From the NCBI GenBank assembly GCA_963712915.1, contig CAVQJQ010000005.1, forward strand, positions 178,859 through 242,858: a stretch of DNA of 64,000 bases, read 5' to 3'. Shown one piece after another: positions 7,625-17,706 of the stretch. Each line of letters opens with the position of its first letter. Within the stretch, counting starts at the first letter, position 1. A program made the position numbers and the translations under genes. The notes under the pieces are model-generated. The model had not been told where the DNA came from and did not search any database. It saw nothing but the letters and a program-made list of their open reading frames with translations. The stretch comes from an uncultured Actinomycetes bacterium. Lineage in GTDB: Bacteria; Actinomycetota; Thermoleophilia; Gaiellales; Gaiellaceae.

Positions 7625-9034
7625 ATGACGGAAGTCCGCGCCTCCGCCGCGCCTGCCGCACGACCGAGCGCCGTCCGTACGGGCGCAACCGCTCGTGCTC
7701 GCTCCCGCTCCCGCCGCGCGCTCGCCGGCTGGCTGGTCGCGGCCGTCGTCGCGGCGAACGCGCTCCTCATCGTCTGGCTCTGGTACCACGGCGGCAACGT
7801 CACGGGCGTCCACGGGACGGGCGATCTCCTCACCAGCGTCGCCCGCCTCACGGGGCTGCTCGGCGCGTACTCCGCCCTGCTCCAGGTCGTGCTGCTCGCG
7901 CGCATCCCCTGGGTGGAGCGGGCGGTCGGCTTCGACCGGCTCACGGTCTGGCACCGCTGGAACGGGCACGCCTGCCTCTATCTCGTGCTCGCGCACGTGT
8001 TCTTCTCGGTGTGGGGCTATGCGGTCCTCGACCGGCTGCCGATCGGCGAGGAGATCTCCACGATGATCGGAGGAGGCATCTATCCGGGCATGGTCACGGC
8101 CACGATCGGGACCGCGCTGTTCGTGGTGGTCGTCCTGAGCTCGCTCGTGATCGCGCGCCGCCGGCTGCCGTACGAATGGTGGTACGCCGTGCACCTGACG
8201 ACGTACGCGGCGATCGCGCTCGCCTGGTTCCACCAGATCCCGACCGGCAACGAGCTCGTGGTCGACCGACTGGCGGCCGACTACTGGCGCGGGCTCTACC
8301 TCGCCACGTTGGCGCTCCTCGTGATCTGCCGCGTGCTCGTTCCCGTCGCGAACGCGTTCCGATTCCGGCTGCGCGTCGCCGAGGTCGTCGACGAGGGAGC
8401 GGGCGTCGTGTCGCTGTACGTCACCGGGCGGCGCCTCGACCGGCTGCACGCCCGCGCGGGCCAGTTCTTTCTCTGGCGCTTTCTCGCCCGCGGGCGCTGG
8501 TGGGCGTCGCACCCGTTCTCGCTCTCCGCCGCCCCCGACGGGCGCTCCCTGCGGCTCACGGTCAAGGCCCTCGGCGACTTCACCGGCCGCATTTCGAGCA
8601 TCGCGCCGGGGACGCGTGTGATCGCGGAAGGGCCCTTCGGCGTCTTCACGGACGACGTCCGTCGCCGTGCCAAGGTCTTGCTCATCGGCGGCGGGATCGG
8701 GATCACCCCGATCCGATCGCTGCTCGAGGAGATGGAGGGCGACGTCGTGGTCGTCTACCGCGTCCTGAGAGAGGACGACGTGATCTTCGGCGACGAGCTC
8801 CGAGCGCTCGCCGTGCGCCGCGGCGCCGTCGTCCACGTCGTCGCCGGCGACCACGCCACGACCGAGGGCGCGCACCTCCTCTCGCCGGCGCACCTGCACG
8901 AGCTCGTGCCGGACATCGGCGAGCGCGAGGTGTACGTCTGCGGGCCGCCTGCGATGGCCGACGCCACGCAGAAGAGCGTCCGCGGGGCCCACGTCCCGTC
9001 CCGGTTCATCCACACGGAGCGCTTCGCGCTCTGA
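7625..9034 (+). CDS. Ferric-reductase/NOX-like membrane flavocytochrome (ferric reductase TM domain + FAD-binding + NAD-binding)
   Basis: 469 aa. Multi-TM N-terminal half with conserved His pairs (HRWNGH...LAH, AVH...FH). FAD-binding motif HPFSLS. NAD-binding motif LLIGGGIGITP. C-terminal VYVCGPPAM. Confidence 0.85.
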   Translation: MTEVRASAAPAARPSAVRTGATARARSRSRRALAGWLVAAVVAANALLIVWLWYHGGNVTGVHGTGDLLTSVARLTGLLGAYSALLQVVLLARIPWVERAVGFDRLTVWHRWNGHACLYLVLAHVFFSVWGYAVLDRLPIGEEISTMIGGGIYPGMVTATIGTALFVVVVLSSLVIARRRLPYEWWYAVHLTTYAAIALAWFHQIPTGNELVVDRLAADYWRGLYLATLALLVICRVLVPVANAFRFRLRVAEVVDEGAGVVSLYVTGRRLDRLHARAGQFFLWRFLARGRWWASHPFSLSAAPDGRSLRLTVKALGDFTGRISSIAPGTRVIAEGPFGVFTDDVRRRAKVLLIGGGIGITPIRSLLEEMEGDVVVVYRVLREDDVIFGDELRALAVRRGAVVHVVAGDHATTEGAHLLSPAHLHELVPDIGEREVYVCGPPAMADATQKSVRGAHVPSRFIHTERFAL

Positions 9035-9063
9035 CACCGCCACCGACACGAACAGGAGCCCGA

Positions 9064-9495
9064 ATGCGACGAGCGCTCGCTGCAACGCTCACCGCGGTCA
9101 CGATCGCGCTGCCCACGGCGGACGCGGTCGCGGCCGTCACGGCCGCCAAGCCGACGAAGAAGACGAAGAAGACCATCGTCACCCGCAAGGTCTCGGGCCC
9201 CGCGGTCGAGGCCGACCGCTGGGGCACGGTGCAGGTGACCGCGACCGTGCGCAAGACGACGACGATCACGAACGGCCGCAAGAAGGTCACGCGGACGCTC
9301 GTGGACATCGGCGGCACCTACACGTACCACACCGACCGCTCGCAATACATCATGCAGCAAGCCCTCCCGCTGCTCCGGCAATCGGCCCTGCAGGCGAAGA
9401 GCGCCAACATCGACACGATCTCCGGCGCGACGTACACGAGCGAGGCGTTCATCCAGTCGCTGCAGGCCGCGCTCGTGAAGGCGCAGAAGGTCTGA
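9064..9495 (+). CDS. Secreted FMN-binding domain protein (flavinylation substrate)
   Basis: AGGAG Shine-Dalgarno sequence upstream of ATG 9064. Signal-peptide-like N-terminus MRRALAATLTAVTIALPTADA. Canonical flavinylation motif DTISGATYTSEAF. Confidence 0.8.
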   Translation: MRRALAATLTAVTIALPTADAVAAVTAAKPTKKTKKTIVTRKVSGPAVEADRWGTVQVTATVRKTTTITNGRKKVTRTLVDIGGTYTYHTDRSQYIMQQALPLLRQSALQAKSANIDTISGATYTSEAFIQSLQAALVKAQKV

Positions 9496-9497
9496 GC

Positions 9498-10260
9498 GTG
9501 ACGGCGGCTGCAGCCGGCACCGCGCGCGTCGAGCACGTCATGGGCATGCCCGTGATCGTCGACGTGCGCGACCGCGACGTCTCCGTGGAGACCGTCGACG
9601 AGGTGTTCGACCGGCTCCGGCTCGTCGATGCGCTCTTCTCGCACGTACAAGGCCGACAGCGAGGTCTCGCGCATCGACCGCGGCGAGCTCGACTCGGAGA
9701 GCGCGCACCCCGACGTCCGGCGTGTGCTCGACCGCTGCGAGTGGCTGCGCGCCGAGACCGGCGGGTACTTCGACGCCCGCGCGGACGCCTCGGGAAGCCT
9801 CGACCCGTCCGGCCTCGTGAAGGGCTGGGCGGTCGACCGGGCGGCCGCGATCCTCGACGCGGCCGGTGCGGCCAACTACGTGATCAATGCCGGCGGCGAC
9901 GTCCGGCTGCGCGGCGGTGCGCTGCCGCAGGCCGTGTGGCGCGTCGGGATCCAGCACCCGCGCGCGCGCGACCGGGTCGCGGCGGTGCTCGAGAGCTCCG
10001 ATCTCGCGGTCGCGACCTCCGGCGCCTACGAGCGGGGCGAGCACGTCGTCGACCCCCACACGCGGCGGCCGTCGACGGGTGTGCTCTCGGTGACGGTCAC
10101 GGGCCCCGACCTCGCGACCGCGGACGCGTACGCGACCGCCGCCTTCGCGATGGGGCCGCGCGGCGCGGAGTGGACGACCTCGCTGCCCGGCTACGAGGCG
10201 ATGACGATCCTCGCCGACGGCCGTGTGCTCCGCACGGGTCGCTTTCCAGCGGTGGACTGA
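9498..10260 (+). pseudogene. apbE: FAD:protein FMN transferase ApbE, interrupted by a +1 frame break near 9642 (possible sequencing error)
   Basis: The N-terminus (VEHVMGMPVIVDV...VDEVFDRLRLVDALFS) is in the frame of ORF 9498. The protein continues as YKADSEVSRIDRGEL...GLVKGWAVDRAA...INAGGDV...VATSGAYERG...TADAYATAAF in the frame of ORF 9628. Removing one base from ttctcgCacgtac restores F-S-T-Y-K. Confidence 0.8.
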
Positions 10261-10313
10261 CCCCGCGGAACCGTCGCCGCCCGACATCGATTCTCCGCGC
10301 GTAGCGTGGGGGC

Positions 10314-11612
10314 ATGGCAACGCCCCGCTCGGTCCAGCGCACGTACGTCGTCCTGATCCTCGGCAACACGCTCGCCGCGTCGCTGATCTGGGGCATCAAC
10401 ACGATCTTCCTGCTCGATGCGGGGCTCTCGAACCTCGAGGCGTTCGCCGCGAACGCGTTCTTCACCGCCGGGATGATGCTTTTCGAGGTGCCCACCGGGA
10501 TCGTCGCGGACACGGTCGGCCGGCGCGCCTCGTACCTGCTCGGCACGCTCACGCTCTCCGCCTCGACGCTCCTCTACGTCCTCCTCTGGCGCCTGGAGGC
10601 CCCCTTCTGGCAGTGGGCGCTCGTCTCCGTGCTGATCGGCCTCGGGTTCACGTTCTTCTCGGGCGCCGTCGAGGCGTGGCTCGTCGACGCGCTCGGCGCG
10701 ACCGGGTTCACGGGCGACCTCGACGCGGTGTTCGCGCGCGGCCAGGTGGCCTCCGGCGCGGCGATGCTGACCGGCTCGGTCGCCGGCGGCTTCATCGCGA
10801 AGGAGGTCGGGCTCGGAGCTCCGTTCGTGCTGCGCGGCGCGATCCTGATCGTGATGTTCGCGGTCGCGTTCTGCCTCATGCACGACCTCGGCTTCACGCC
10901 CGAGCGCAGCGCCGGGGTCGCCGCGGAGGTGCGGCGGATCGCGGGCAACTCGATCGAGTACGGCTGGAGGGTGCCGGCGGTCAAATGGCTGATGGTCGAG
11001 TCGCTGCTCACGGGCGGGGTCGGGATCTACGCGTTCTACGCGCTGCAGCCCTACCTCCTGGAGCTGTGGGGCGACCCGCAGGCGTACCAGGTCGCCGGGC
11101 TCGTGGCCGCGATCGTCGCGGGGGCGCAGATCCTCGGGGGCATCGCCGCGCCACGGATCCGGCGGCTGTTCGCGCGCCGCACCACCGGCTCTCGTCCTGC
11201 TCGCGGCGCTGAACGTCGCGACGCTGCTGCTGATCGGGTGCTCTCGAGCTTCTGGGCGGTGCTCGCGACGATCGTCGTCTGGGGCCTCTTGTTCGCGGCC
11301 GCGATGCCGATCAGGCAGGCATACATGAACGGCATGATCCCCTCGCGGCAGCGGGCCACGATCCTCTCGTTCGACTCGCTGATGAGCTCGACCGGCGGCG
11401 TCTGGGCGCAGCCGGTGCTCGGTCGTGCCGCCGACGTGTGGGGCTACGCGCCGTCCTACCTCGTGGGCGCCGCGATCAGCGCGCTCGCGCTGCCGCCCCT
11501 CTACCTCTCGCGCCGCGAGAACAATCCAGCCGACGCCGCGCGTGCGGCGCTCCCTGACCCGCCCGAGTCCGCGGTGGGGGCGGAGCCCGTGATCGAGTCC
11601 GAGCCGGGATAG
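10314..11612 (+). CDS. MFS transporter; the ORF is intact but carries a local out-of-frame segment at 11184-11240
   Basis: 432 aa. Typical MFS helices and the DTVGRR loop motif. See the finding on the compensated double frameshift. Confidence 0.8.
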   Translation: MATPRSVQRTYVVLILGNTLAASLIWGINTIFLLDAGLSNLEAFAANAFFTAGMMLFEVPTGIVADTVGRRASYLLGTLTLSASTLLYVLLWRLEAPFWQWALVSVLIGLGFTFFSGAVEAWLVDALGATGFTGDLDAVFARGQVASGAAMLTGSVAGGFIAKEVGLGAPFVLRGAILIVMFAVAFCLMHDLGFTPERSAGVAAEVRRIAGNSIEYGWRVPAVKWLMVESLLTGGVGIYAFYALQPYLLELWGDPQAYQVAGLVAAIVAGAQILGGIAAPRIRRLFARRTTGSRPARGAERRDAAADRVLSSFWAVLATIVVWGLLFAAAMPIRQAYMNGMIPSRQRATILSFDSLMSSTGGVWAQPVLGRAADVWGYAPSYLVGAAISALALPPLYLSRRENNPADAARAALPDPPESAVGAEPVIESEPG

Positions 11613-11670
11613 GGCGCGCCTCTCCACAGCGCCCTGCGCGGACGCGGCGCGTGCTACCACTTGCCGTCCC

Positions 11671-14600
11671 GTGCGCGGTGGCCGCTGGAGCATGCCCCTG
11701 AGGACGGCCGCCGCCGACAGGCTGGTGGTCGGCGCGGCGTTCCTCGTCGTCCTCCTCGCTGCCTCGCTCGTGGCGGCGATCCCCATCTACGCGGGTGCGG
11801 TCGCCGAGAGCAGTCTCCGCGCGCGCATCGCGAGGGCGTCGGTGCCCGACGCGAACGTCCAGTTGTCCGTCGACGTGTTCGGGCGGAGCGACGATGCCGG
11901 CCTCGACACGCGGGTCGGCGAGCTGCTGCGCGGCACGTTCGCGTCGACCGGGTTCACCGTGCACCGGAGCGCGGAGTCGGGGCCGTTCCGGGTCGGGTCT
12001 CGTTCCGTCGCGTTCGGCTTCGTCGCCGACCTGCCGCGTCATGCGCGACTGCTCGTTGGCCGCTGGCCGTCCGGGAGCTCGCACGCCCTCGAGGTCGTGG
12101 TGCCCGCCGCCGTCGCGCCCGAGCTCGGGGTCGGCGTGGGAGACACGGTTCGGGCGCAGAGCCGGTCCGGCGCCGGCCAGGTGGTCACCGCGCGCGTCGC
12201 CGGGATCTACGAGGCGCAGAGACCGTCCTCACCGTTCTGGTGGGGAGAGCCGTTGTCGACGGGGGCGCTCGGCCCGCTCGTCGCGACGCCCGGGGCGTTC
12301 GCGGCGCTGGGGCTCGGAGACCGGACGCTGCGCTGGCGGGTCGAGCCCGACACGGACAGGCTGACGATCGACGAGGCGGCGCGGCTCCGGCGGGCGCTGA
12401 ACGAGCTCCCCTCCCGTCTCAACGCGGGCCGCCCGGCCGGCGAGCAGTTCGACGTGCAGACGAGCCTCCCCGCCGTGCTCGCCGAGGCCGATCACGCACT
12501 CCATCTCGCGCGCGCCGGCGTGCTCGTGCCGTTCCTCCAGCTCGCGCTGCTCGCGGTCTACGGGCTCGTGGTCACCACCGCCCTGCTCCTCGAGCGCCGC
12601 TACCGCGTCACCGAGACGCTGCGTCTGCGCGGCGCCACCGCGGCGCAGATCACGCTGCTGGCCGTGCTCGAGGCCGCGCTCGTCGCGCTCCCCGCGGTGC
12701 TGCTCGCGCCGTGGGCGGCGGCCGGTTCGCTCCGGGTGCTGAACCACGTCGGCCCCCTCTCGGGGATCGGGCTGCGCCTCGAGCCGCACGTGACCGGCGC
12801 CTCGTACGCGCTCGCCGCGGCCGCGGGGCTCGTGTGCGTCCTCGGGCTCGCCCTGCCGACGCTGCGCGCGCGCCACGTGTCGGTCGCGCGCGAGCGGGGC
12901 CGTCCGGCGCTGGCGGGGCTCGCCCAGCGCGCCCGGCTCGACCTCGTGCTCGCCGGGCTCGCGCTCCTCGGCTACTGGCAGCTCCGGCGCTACCACGGCA
13001 CGCTCGTCGCGCACCAGGGCGGTCTCGGCATCGATCCGTTCCTCGTGGCTGCGCCCGCCGTCCTGCTGCTCGCCGGCGCGCTCCTCGCGTTGCGAGCGGT
13101 CCCGCTCGGCGCCGCGCTGCTCGAGCGGCTGGCGGTCAGGTCGCCGAGCGCGGTCTCAGCGCTCGGGTTCCGGCAGCTCGCGCGGCGTCCGAGGGCGTAT
13201 TCGCGCTCGGTCTTGCTCCTCGTGCTCGCGGTCGCGACCGGCGTGTTCGCGACGACCTATGCCAGCACCTGGCGCCGCTCGCAGGTCGACCAGGCGCTTC
13301 ACGCGGCCGGAGCCGACCTGCGGGTGGAGCCGTCCGGCGTGGCCGGGGCCCCCGCGACGATCGACCTGGCGTCGAGCTACGCCGCGATCGGCGCCGCCGA
13401 GGCCCTCCCCGCCGCCTCGGACACGTTCTCGATCGGCGGCGGCGGGGCGCAGACCGCGGTGCTGCTCGCGCTCGACGCCCGCCGGGCAGCCCAGGTGCTG
13501 CAGGTCAGGGGCGACTTCGCGTCCAAGCCGTTACGGACGCTCCTGCGGCCGCTCGACGAGGGGAGGGGCACGCTGGCGGCCGCCCGGCTTCCGGGTCGTC
13601 CGACGCGTCTCGCCCTCACGACCGGGCTGTCCCTCGAGCAGGCCGGGGCCCGTGACCGCCCGTCTCTCTACCTGTACGTGCGCGACGCCGATGGCCTCCT
13701 CTACCTCTACCGCTTCGACGCGGCCCCTGGCACGGTCGCCCGGCACGAGATCGACCTCGTCTCGCGGCTGCCCGACGGGACGCTCGCCACGCCTCGCTAC
13801 CCGCTCTCGATCGTCGGCCTCGAGCTCGACGTCGAGGCGCAGTATCTCGCCGCCCGCAGGGCGAGGCTCGACGTGCGTTCCGTGGAGACGGCCTCGGGCC
13901 CCGACGGGCCCTGGCGTCGGGTGAGTCTCGACGGCGGCTGGCGTGGCTCCGCGGTTCCGTTCGACCTCGCATACGTCGGCCCGCGCGTCGAGCACGTCCG
14001 TGCGTCGAACGGCTCCCTGCGCCTGACCGCAAGCACCGGCTCGAGCGCGGACTCCACACCCCGGTTCGGCCAGAACCGAGTGACCGCCCAGCTCGTCGCG
14101 CGACCGGGAGCGGACGAGCTGCCTGCGGCCATGCCCGTGCTCGCGAGCGACGCCTTCCTTGCCCAGACGGACACGGCCGTGGGGGAGGAGATCCCGCTCG
14201 CGCTCTCGGCCGGCACGCAAGCCGTCCGGATCGTCGGCTCGTTCCACCGGTTCCCGTCGCTCGACCCGGAGACGCCGGCGGTGGTCGCGGACCTGCCGAC
14301 CTATCTCGCGCGCGCCTTCGTCGGCGAGCGGGCGGTGGTGCAGCCGGCGGAGTGGTGGCTCAGCACACCCGACGACCGCGTTGTCGCCGAGCGCCTGCAG
14401 GCAGCGCCGTTCCGCAGCATCGCGGTGGTCTCGCGCCGCGCGAGCGAGCGTGCGCTGCTGGACGACCCGGTGGCGGTCGGCGTGATCGGCGCTCTCGCCC
14501 TCGGCTTCGCCGTCGCCGCGATCTTCGCGATCGCAGGCTTCGCGGCCAACCTCGCCGCCGAAGCCAGGACCCGTCGGCTCGAGTTCGCAATCCTCCGCTC

Positions 14601-14916
14601 GCTCGGGCTGCGGCGCCGGCAGCTCACCGGTCTCGTCACGCTCGAGACCGCACTCGTCGTGCTGCTGAGCCTCGTCACGGGCGCCCTCCTCGGTCTGCTC
14701 GTCTCGCGGCTCGTGCTCCCGTCAGTGGGCCTCGGCGCGGCGGGAGCGACTCCCGTCCCGCCCGTCCGCCTGGTCGTCCCCTGGACGACCGTGCTCGTCC
14801 TCGAGCTGACGCTCCTCGCGGCGCTCGCGGCGATCGCGGTCCTCCAGGTCGAGGTCGTGCGGCGGCTGCGGCTCGCGCCGGTGCTTCGGGCCGGGGAAGG
14901 AGCATCGGGGCCGTGA
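11671..14916 (+). CDS. Large ABC-transporter permease with two FtsX-type modules (MacB/YbbP-like)
   Basis: 1081-aa ORF with an alternative start at ATG 11692. It has an N-terminal TM helix, two FtsX-like 4-TM blocks (around LRLRGATAAQITLLAVLEAAL and ILRSLGLRRRQLTGLVTLETAL) and large extracytoplasmic inserts. Confidence 0.8.
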   Translation: MRGGRWSMPLRTAAADRLVVGAAFLVVLLAASLVAAIPIYAGAVAESSLRARIARASVPDANVQLSVDVFGRSDDAGLDTRVGELLRGTFASTGFTVHRSAESGPFRVGSRSVAFGFVADLPRHARLLVGRWPSGSSHALEVVVPAAVAPELGVGVGDTVRAQSRSGAGQVVTARVAGIYEAQRPSSPFWWGEPLSTGALGPLVATPGAFAALGLGDRTLRWRVEPDTDRLTIDEAARLRRALNELPSRLNAGRPAGEQFDVQTSLPAVLAEADHALHLARAGVLVPFLQLALLAVYGLVVTTALLLERRYRVTETLRLRGATAAQITLLAVLEAALVALPAVLLAPWAAAGSLRVLNHVGPLSGIGLRLEPHVTGASYALAAAAGLVCVLGLALPTLRARHVSVARERGRPALAGLAQRARLDLVLAGLALLGYWQLRRYHGTLVAHQGGLGIDPFLVAAPAVLLLAGALLALRAVPLGAALLERLAVRSPSAVSALGFRQLARRPRAYSRSVLLLVLAVATGVFATTYASTWRRSQVDQALHAAGADLRVEPSGVAGAPATIDLASSYAAIGAAEALPAASDTFSIGGGGAQTAVLLALDARRAAQVLQVRGDFASKPLRTLLRPLDEGRGTLAAARLPGRPTRLALTTGLSLEQAGARDRPSLYLYVRDADGLLYLYRFDAAPGTVARHEIDLVSRLPDGTLATPRYPLSIVGLELDVEAQYLAARRARLDVRSVETASGPDGPWRRVSLDGGWRGSAVPFDLAYVGPRVEHVRASNGSLRLTASTGSSADSTPRFGQNRVTAQLVARPGADELPAAMPVLASDAFLAQTDTAVGEEIPLALSAGTQAVRIVGSFHRFPSLDPETPAVVADLPTYLARAFVGERAVVQPAEWWLSTPDDRVVAERLQAAPFRSIAVVSRRASERALLDDPVAVGVIGALALGFAVAAIFAIAGFAANLAAEARTRRLEFAILRSLGLRRRQLTGLVTLETALVVLLSLVTGALLGLLVSRLVLPSVGLGAAGATPVPPVRLVVPWTTVLVLELTLLAALAAIAVLQVEVVRRLRLAPVLRAGEGASGP

Positions 14917-17706
14917 GCCTGGCGCAGGCGGAGAGCACGCGTACGCGCCGGGGCAGCCTGCGCTCGGCCCTCGGCGGCGGCGTCGCGCTGGTCGTTCGCC
15001 GGCTTCGACTCGACCCCGGCTCGGGGCTGGCGCTCGCCGTGCTCGTCGCCGCGACCTGCTTCGTGTTCGCGGCGGGGCCGCGGCTCTTCAACGCCTACGC
15101 CGACGACGGAGTGCGCCATACCATCGCCGCGGCTCCCGTCTCCGCGAGCTCACCCCGGCTGCTCGAGTCGGCGCGGATCCCGGCCGGGCCTCCGTCCGAC
15201 CCGCTCGCCGCGGTCGACGCGCGCGCGGGCAGCGCACAGCACGCCGTGCTCCCGCCGGTCCTCGACGCGCTCGTCGAGGGACGCTCTTCCGTGGTCTCCT
15301 CACCGTCCTACGTCCAGTCGCCGAATCCGGGGCTCGTGCGCTCGATCAGCCTCACCATCCCCGCGCGGGGCGTCGAGCAGCACCTCGAGCTCGTCGCGGG
15401 ACGACTGCCGCGTGCGACCGGGCGGACGGTGACCACGGTGATCGACCGGGTCGCCCATCGGCCGCGCTCGGGCGCCGTGCCTCTGCTCGAGGTCGCGTTC
15501 TCGAAGGAGACCGCCGAGCAGCTCGAGGTGCACGTCGGGCAGCGTCTCGTGGCACAGCCCGACTGGCAGCAGGCGCTCGTTCGCCGGGTTCCCGTACGGG
15601 AGCAGCGTCCGATCGTGATCGAGCTCGTCGGGATCTTCGCCGTGCAGGACCCGACCGCGCCCTACTGGTTCGGCGACACGACTCTGGAGCGACCCAACCT
15701 CGCGTTCACGCCCGATCTCGACACCAAGACGGTGTTCGCCCGGGCGCTGCTGGGGGCCGGCCAGTATCCGCTTCTGCTCCGAGCGACGCGGCCGCTGCCG
15801 CTCGCGTACGAGTACCGCTACCCCCTCGACGGGGCCCGGGTCGACGCGGGGCTCCTGCCCGACCTGCGTGCCGCGGCGAGCCAGATCGGCACCCGCTACG
15901 CGAACGCCGGGCCGCTCGACCGTCGGGTGAGTCTCGGGCTCGGCCCCGTGCTCGACCGCTTCCGCGCGGCGAGCTCCCAGGCGAGGACGCTGCTCGCCGT
16001 CGCCGCGCTCGGCCTGCTCGTGTGCGCGTTCGCGAACCTCGGGCTGCTCGGCGCCTTCACGTACGAGCGGCACCGAGCCGAGATCGCAGTCGCGCGCGTC
16101 CGCGGCGCCTCACCCGCGCAGATCCTCGGCGCGCAGGCCGCCGAGGGTGCTGCGATCGCCGATCCCGGCCGGGCTCCTCGGCTGGGGCGCTGCGCTGCTC
16201 GCCGTCGACGCGCGGCCGAGCCCGCTCTCGGCCTGGCTGGCCGTCGCCGTAGTGGCCGGCACGATCGCACTGCTCGTTGCCTCGGTGGCGGGCCCCGCCC
16301 GGCGCCGCCTCGGCGAGTCGGAGCAACGGGAGCCTGCCGCCGCTCCGCGCGGCCGGCTCGCGCTCGAGGCGCTCGTCGCGGCCGCGGCGCTGACCGGCGT
16401 CTTCCTCGTCCGCAGGCGAGGGCTCGAAGGGTCGGGCTTCGGCGCCTCGGGACACTTCGACCCGTACCTCGCGGCGGTGCCCGTGCTGCTCGGGATCGCC
16501 TGCGGAATCGCGGTGCTGCGCCTGTACCCACTCCCCCTTGCGGCGGCGGCCCGCGCCGTGCGCAGGACGCGCGGGCTCGCCCTCCAGCTCGGCCTCACCC
16601 GGGCCGCGCGCCAGACAGAGGCAGCGGCGGTCCCCGTCGTCGTGATCGTCGTCGCAGTGGCGCTCGCGGCGTTCGCGGCGACGATGGCGAGCACGATCCG
16701 CGGCGGCCAGGATGCGACGGGTTGGCGGTCGGTGGGCGCGGACGTCCGCGTCGACGCGGCCGACGGCAAGACGCTGCCGCAGAGCCTCGTCGCGGCGCTC
16801 GCGGCGGACGGCACCGTCGCCCGGGCCTACGTCCAGGACGCGGACCTCGCCGCGGGCTCGAACGCGATCCTGCTCGCGCTCGACGCGCGTGCCTATGGGT
16901 CGCTGATCGCCGGCACACCGGCCGACGTGCAGGTGCGCGGCCCTCTCGAGACGCCGTCGCCGATCCCGTCCCTCGTCTCCGCCCTGGTGTCGACCGACTG
17001 GCCGACCGGCGGCAGCTTCCAGATCGCGTTGCCGAACCAGACGGTCAGCTTCTTGCGGGTCGCCGGCCGCGCGAGCCTCCCCGGCGTCCCGCGTGGCACG
17101 CCGTTCGCCGTCGTCTCGCTTCAGGCGCTCCGCGCGGCGGGCGCGCAGGCGCCGGTGAATCGCCTCTACGTCGCCGACGTCGATCCGGCGACCGTCCGGC
17201 AGGCCGTGCGGGAGCTCGCGCCCGGTGCGTCGATCAGCACCCGCGCCGCCGTCGCGCGCAGCCTCCGCGCCTCGCCGCTCGTCGACGGAGCCGTGCGCGG
17301 TTTCGACCGGGCGGTCATCCTGGCAGCCGCTTTCGCGGCGGTCGCAGTCGCCTTGCTCGTGCTGATCGCCGCCCGTGCCCGCGCCCGCGACCTCGCGCTC
17401 GTCCGCACGATGGGCGCGTCGGCCCGTGAGCTCCTCGCGCTCTCGATCGTCGAGCTCGCGCCTCTCGTCGTGCTCGCGCTCGTACTCGGCAGCGTGCTCG
17501 GCATCGCGATCCCGTACCTCCTCGAGCCCGGGCTCGACCTCGAGTTCTTCACCGGCTCTCGGTCAACCCCGATCGCCGTTCCCGTCCACAGCGTGCTCGT
17601 GGTCGCCGTCGTCCTGCTCGCGCTCCTCGGCGTGATGCTGCTGCTCGCGTCCCTGCGGGCGCGCCGGGCAGAGCTCGGCCGCGCGCTCCGGATCGGTGAG
17701 CGGTGA
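14913..17706 (+). pseudogene. Second large double-FtsX ABC permease, with a +1 frame break near 16150-16162 (possible sequencing error)
   Basis: GTG 14913 overlaps the upstream stop (GTGA) and is preceded by GGGGAAGGAG. The N-terminal part is in the frame of ORF 14352 (...ARVRGASPAQILGAQAAEGAAIA). It continues as IPAGLLGWGAALLAV...RTMGASARELLALSIVELAP in the frame of ORF 16147. Confidence 0.75.

Noticed and set aside
14352-17429. 1025-aa ORF suggesting a different gene structure for the second FtsX permease
   Set aside because: Only its middle part (14913 to about 16160) is coding. The 5' part overlaps the end of permease 1 out of frame. The 3' part is Arg-rich junk. The hydrophobic FtsX helices continue in the frame of ORF 16147.
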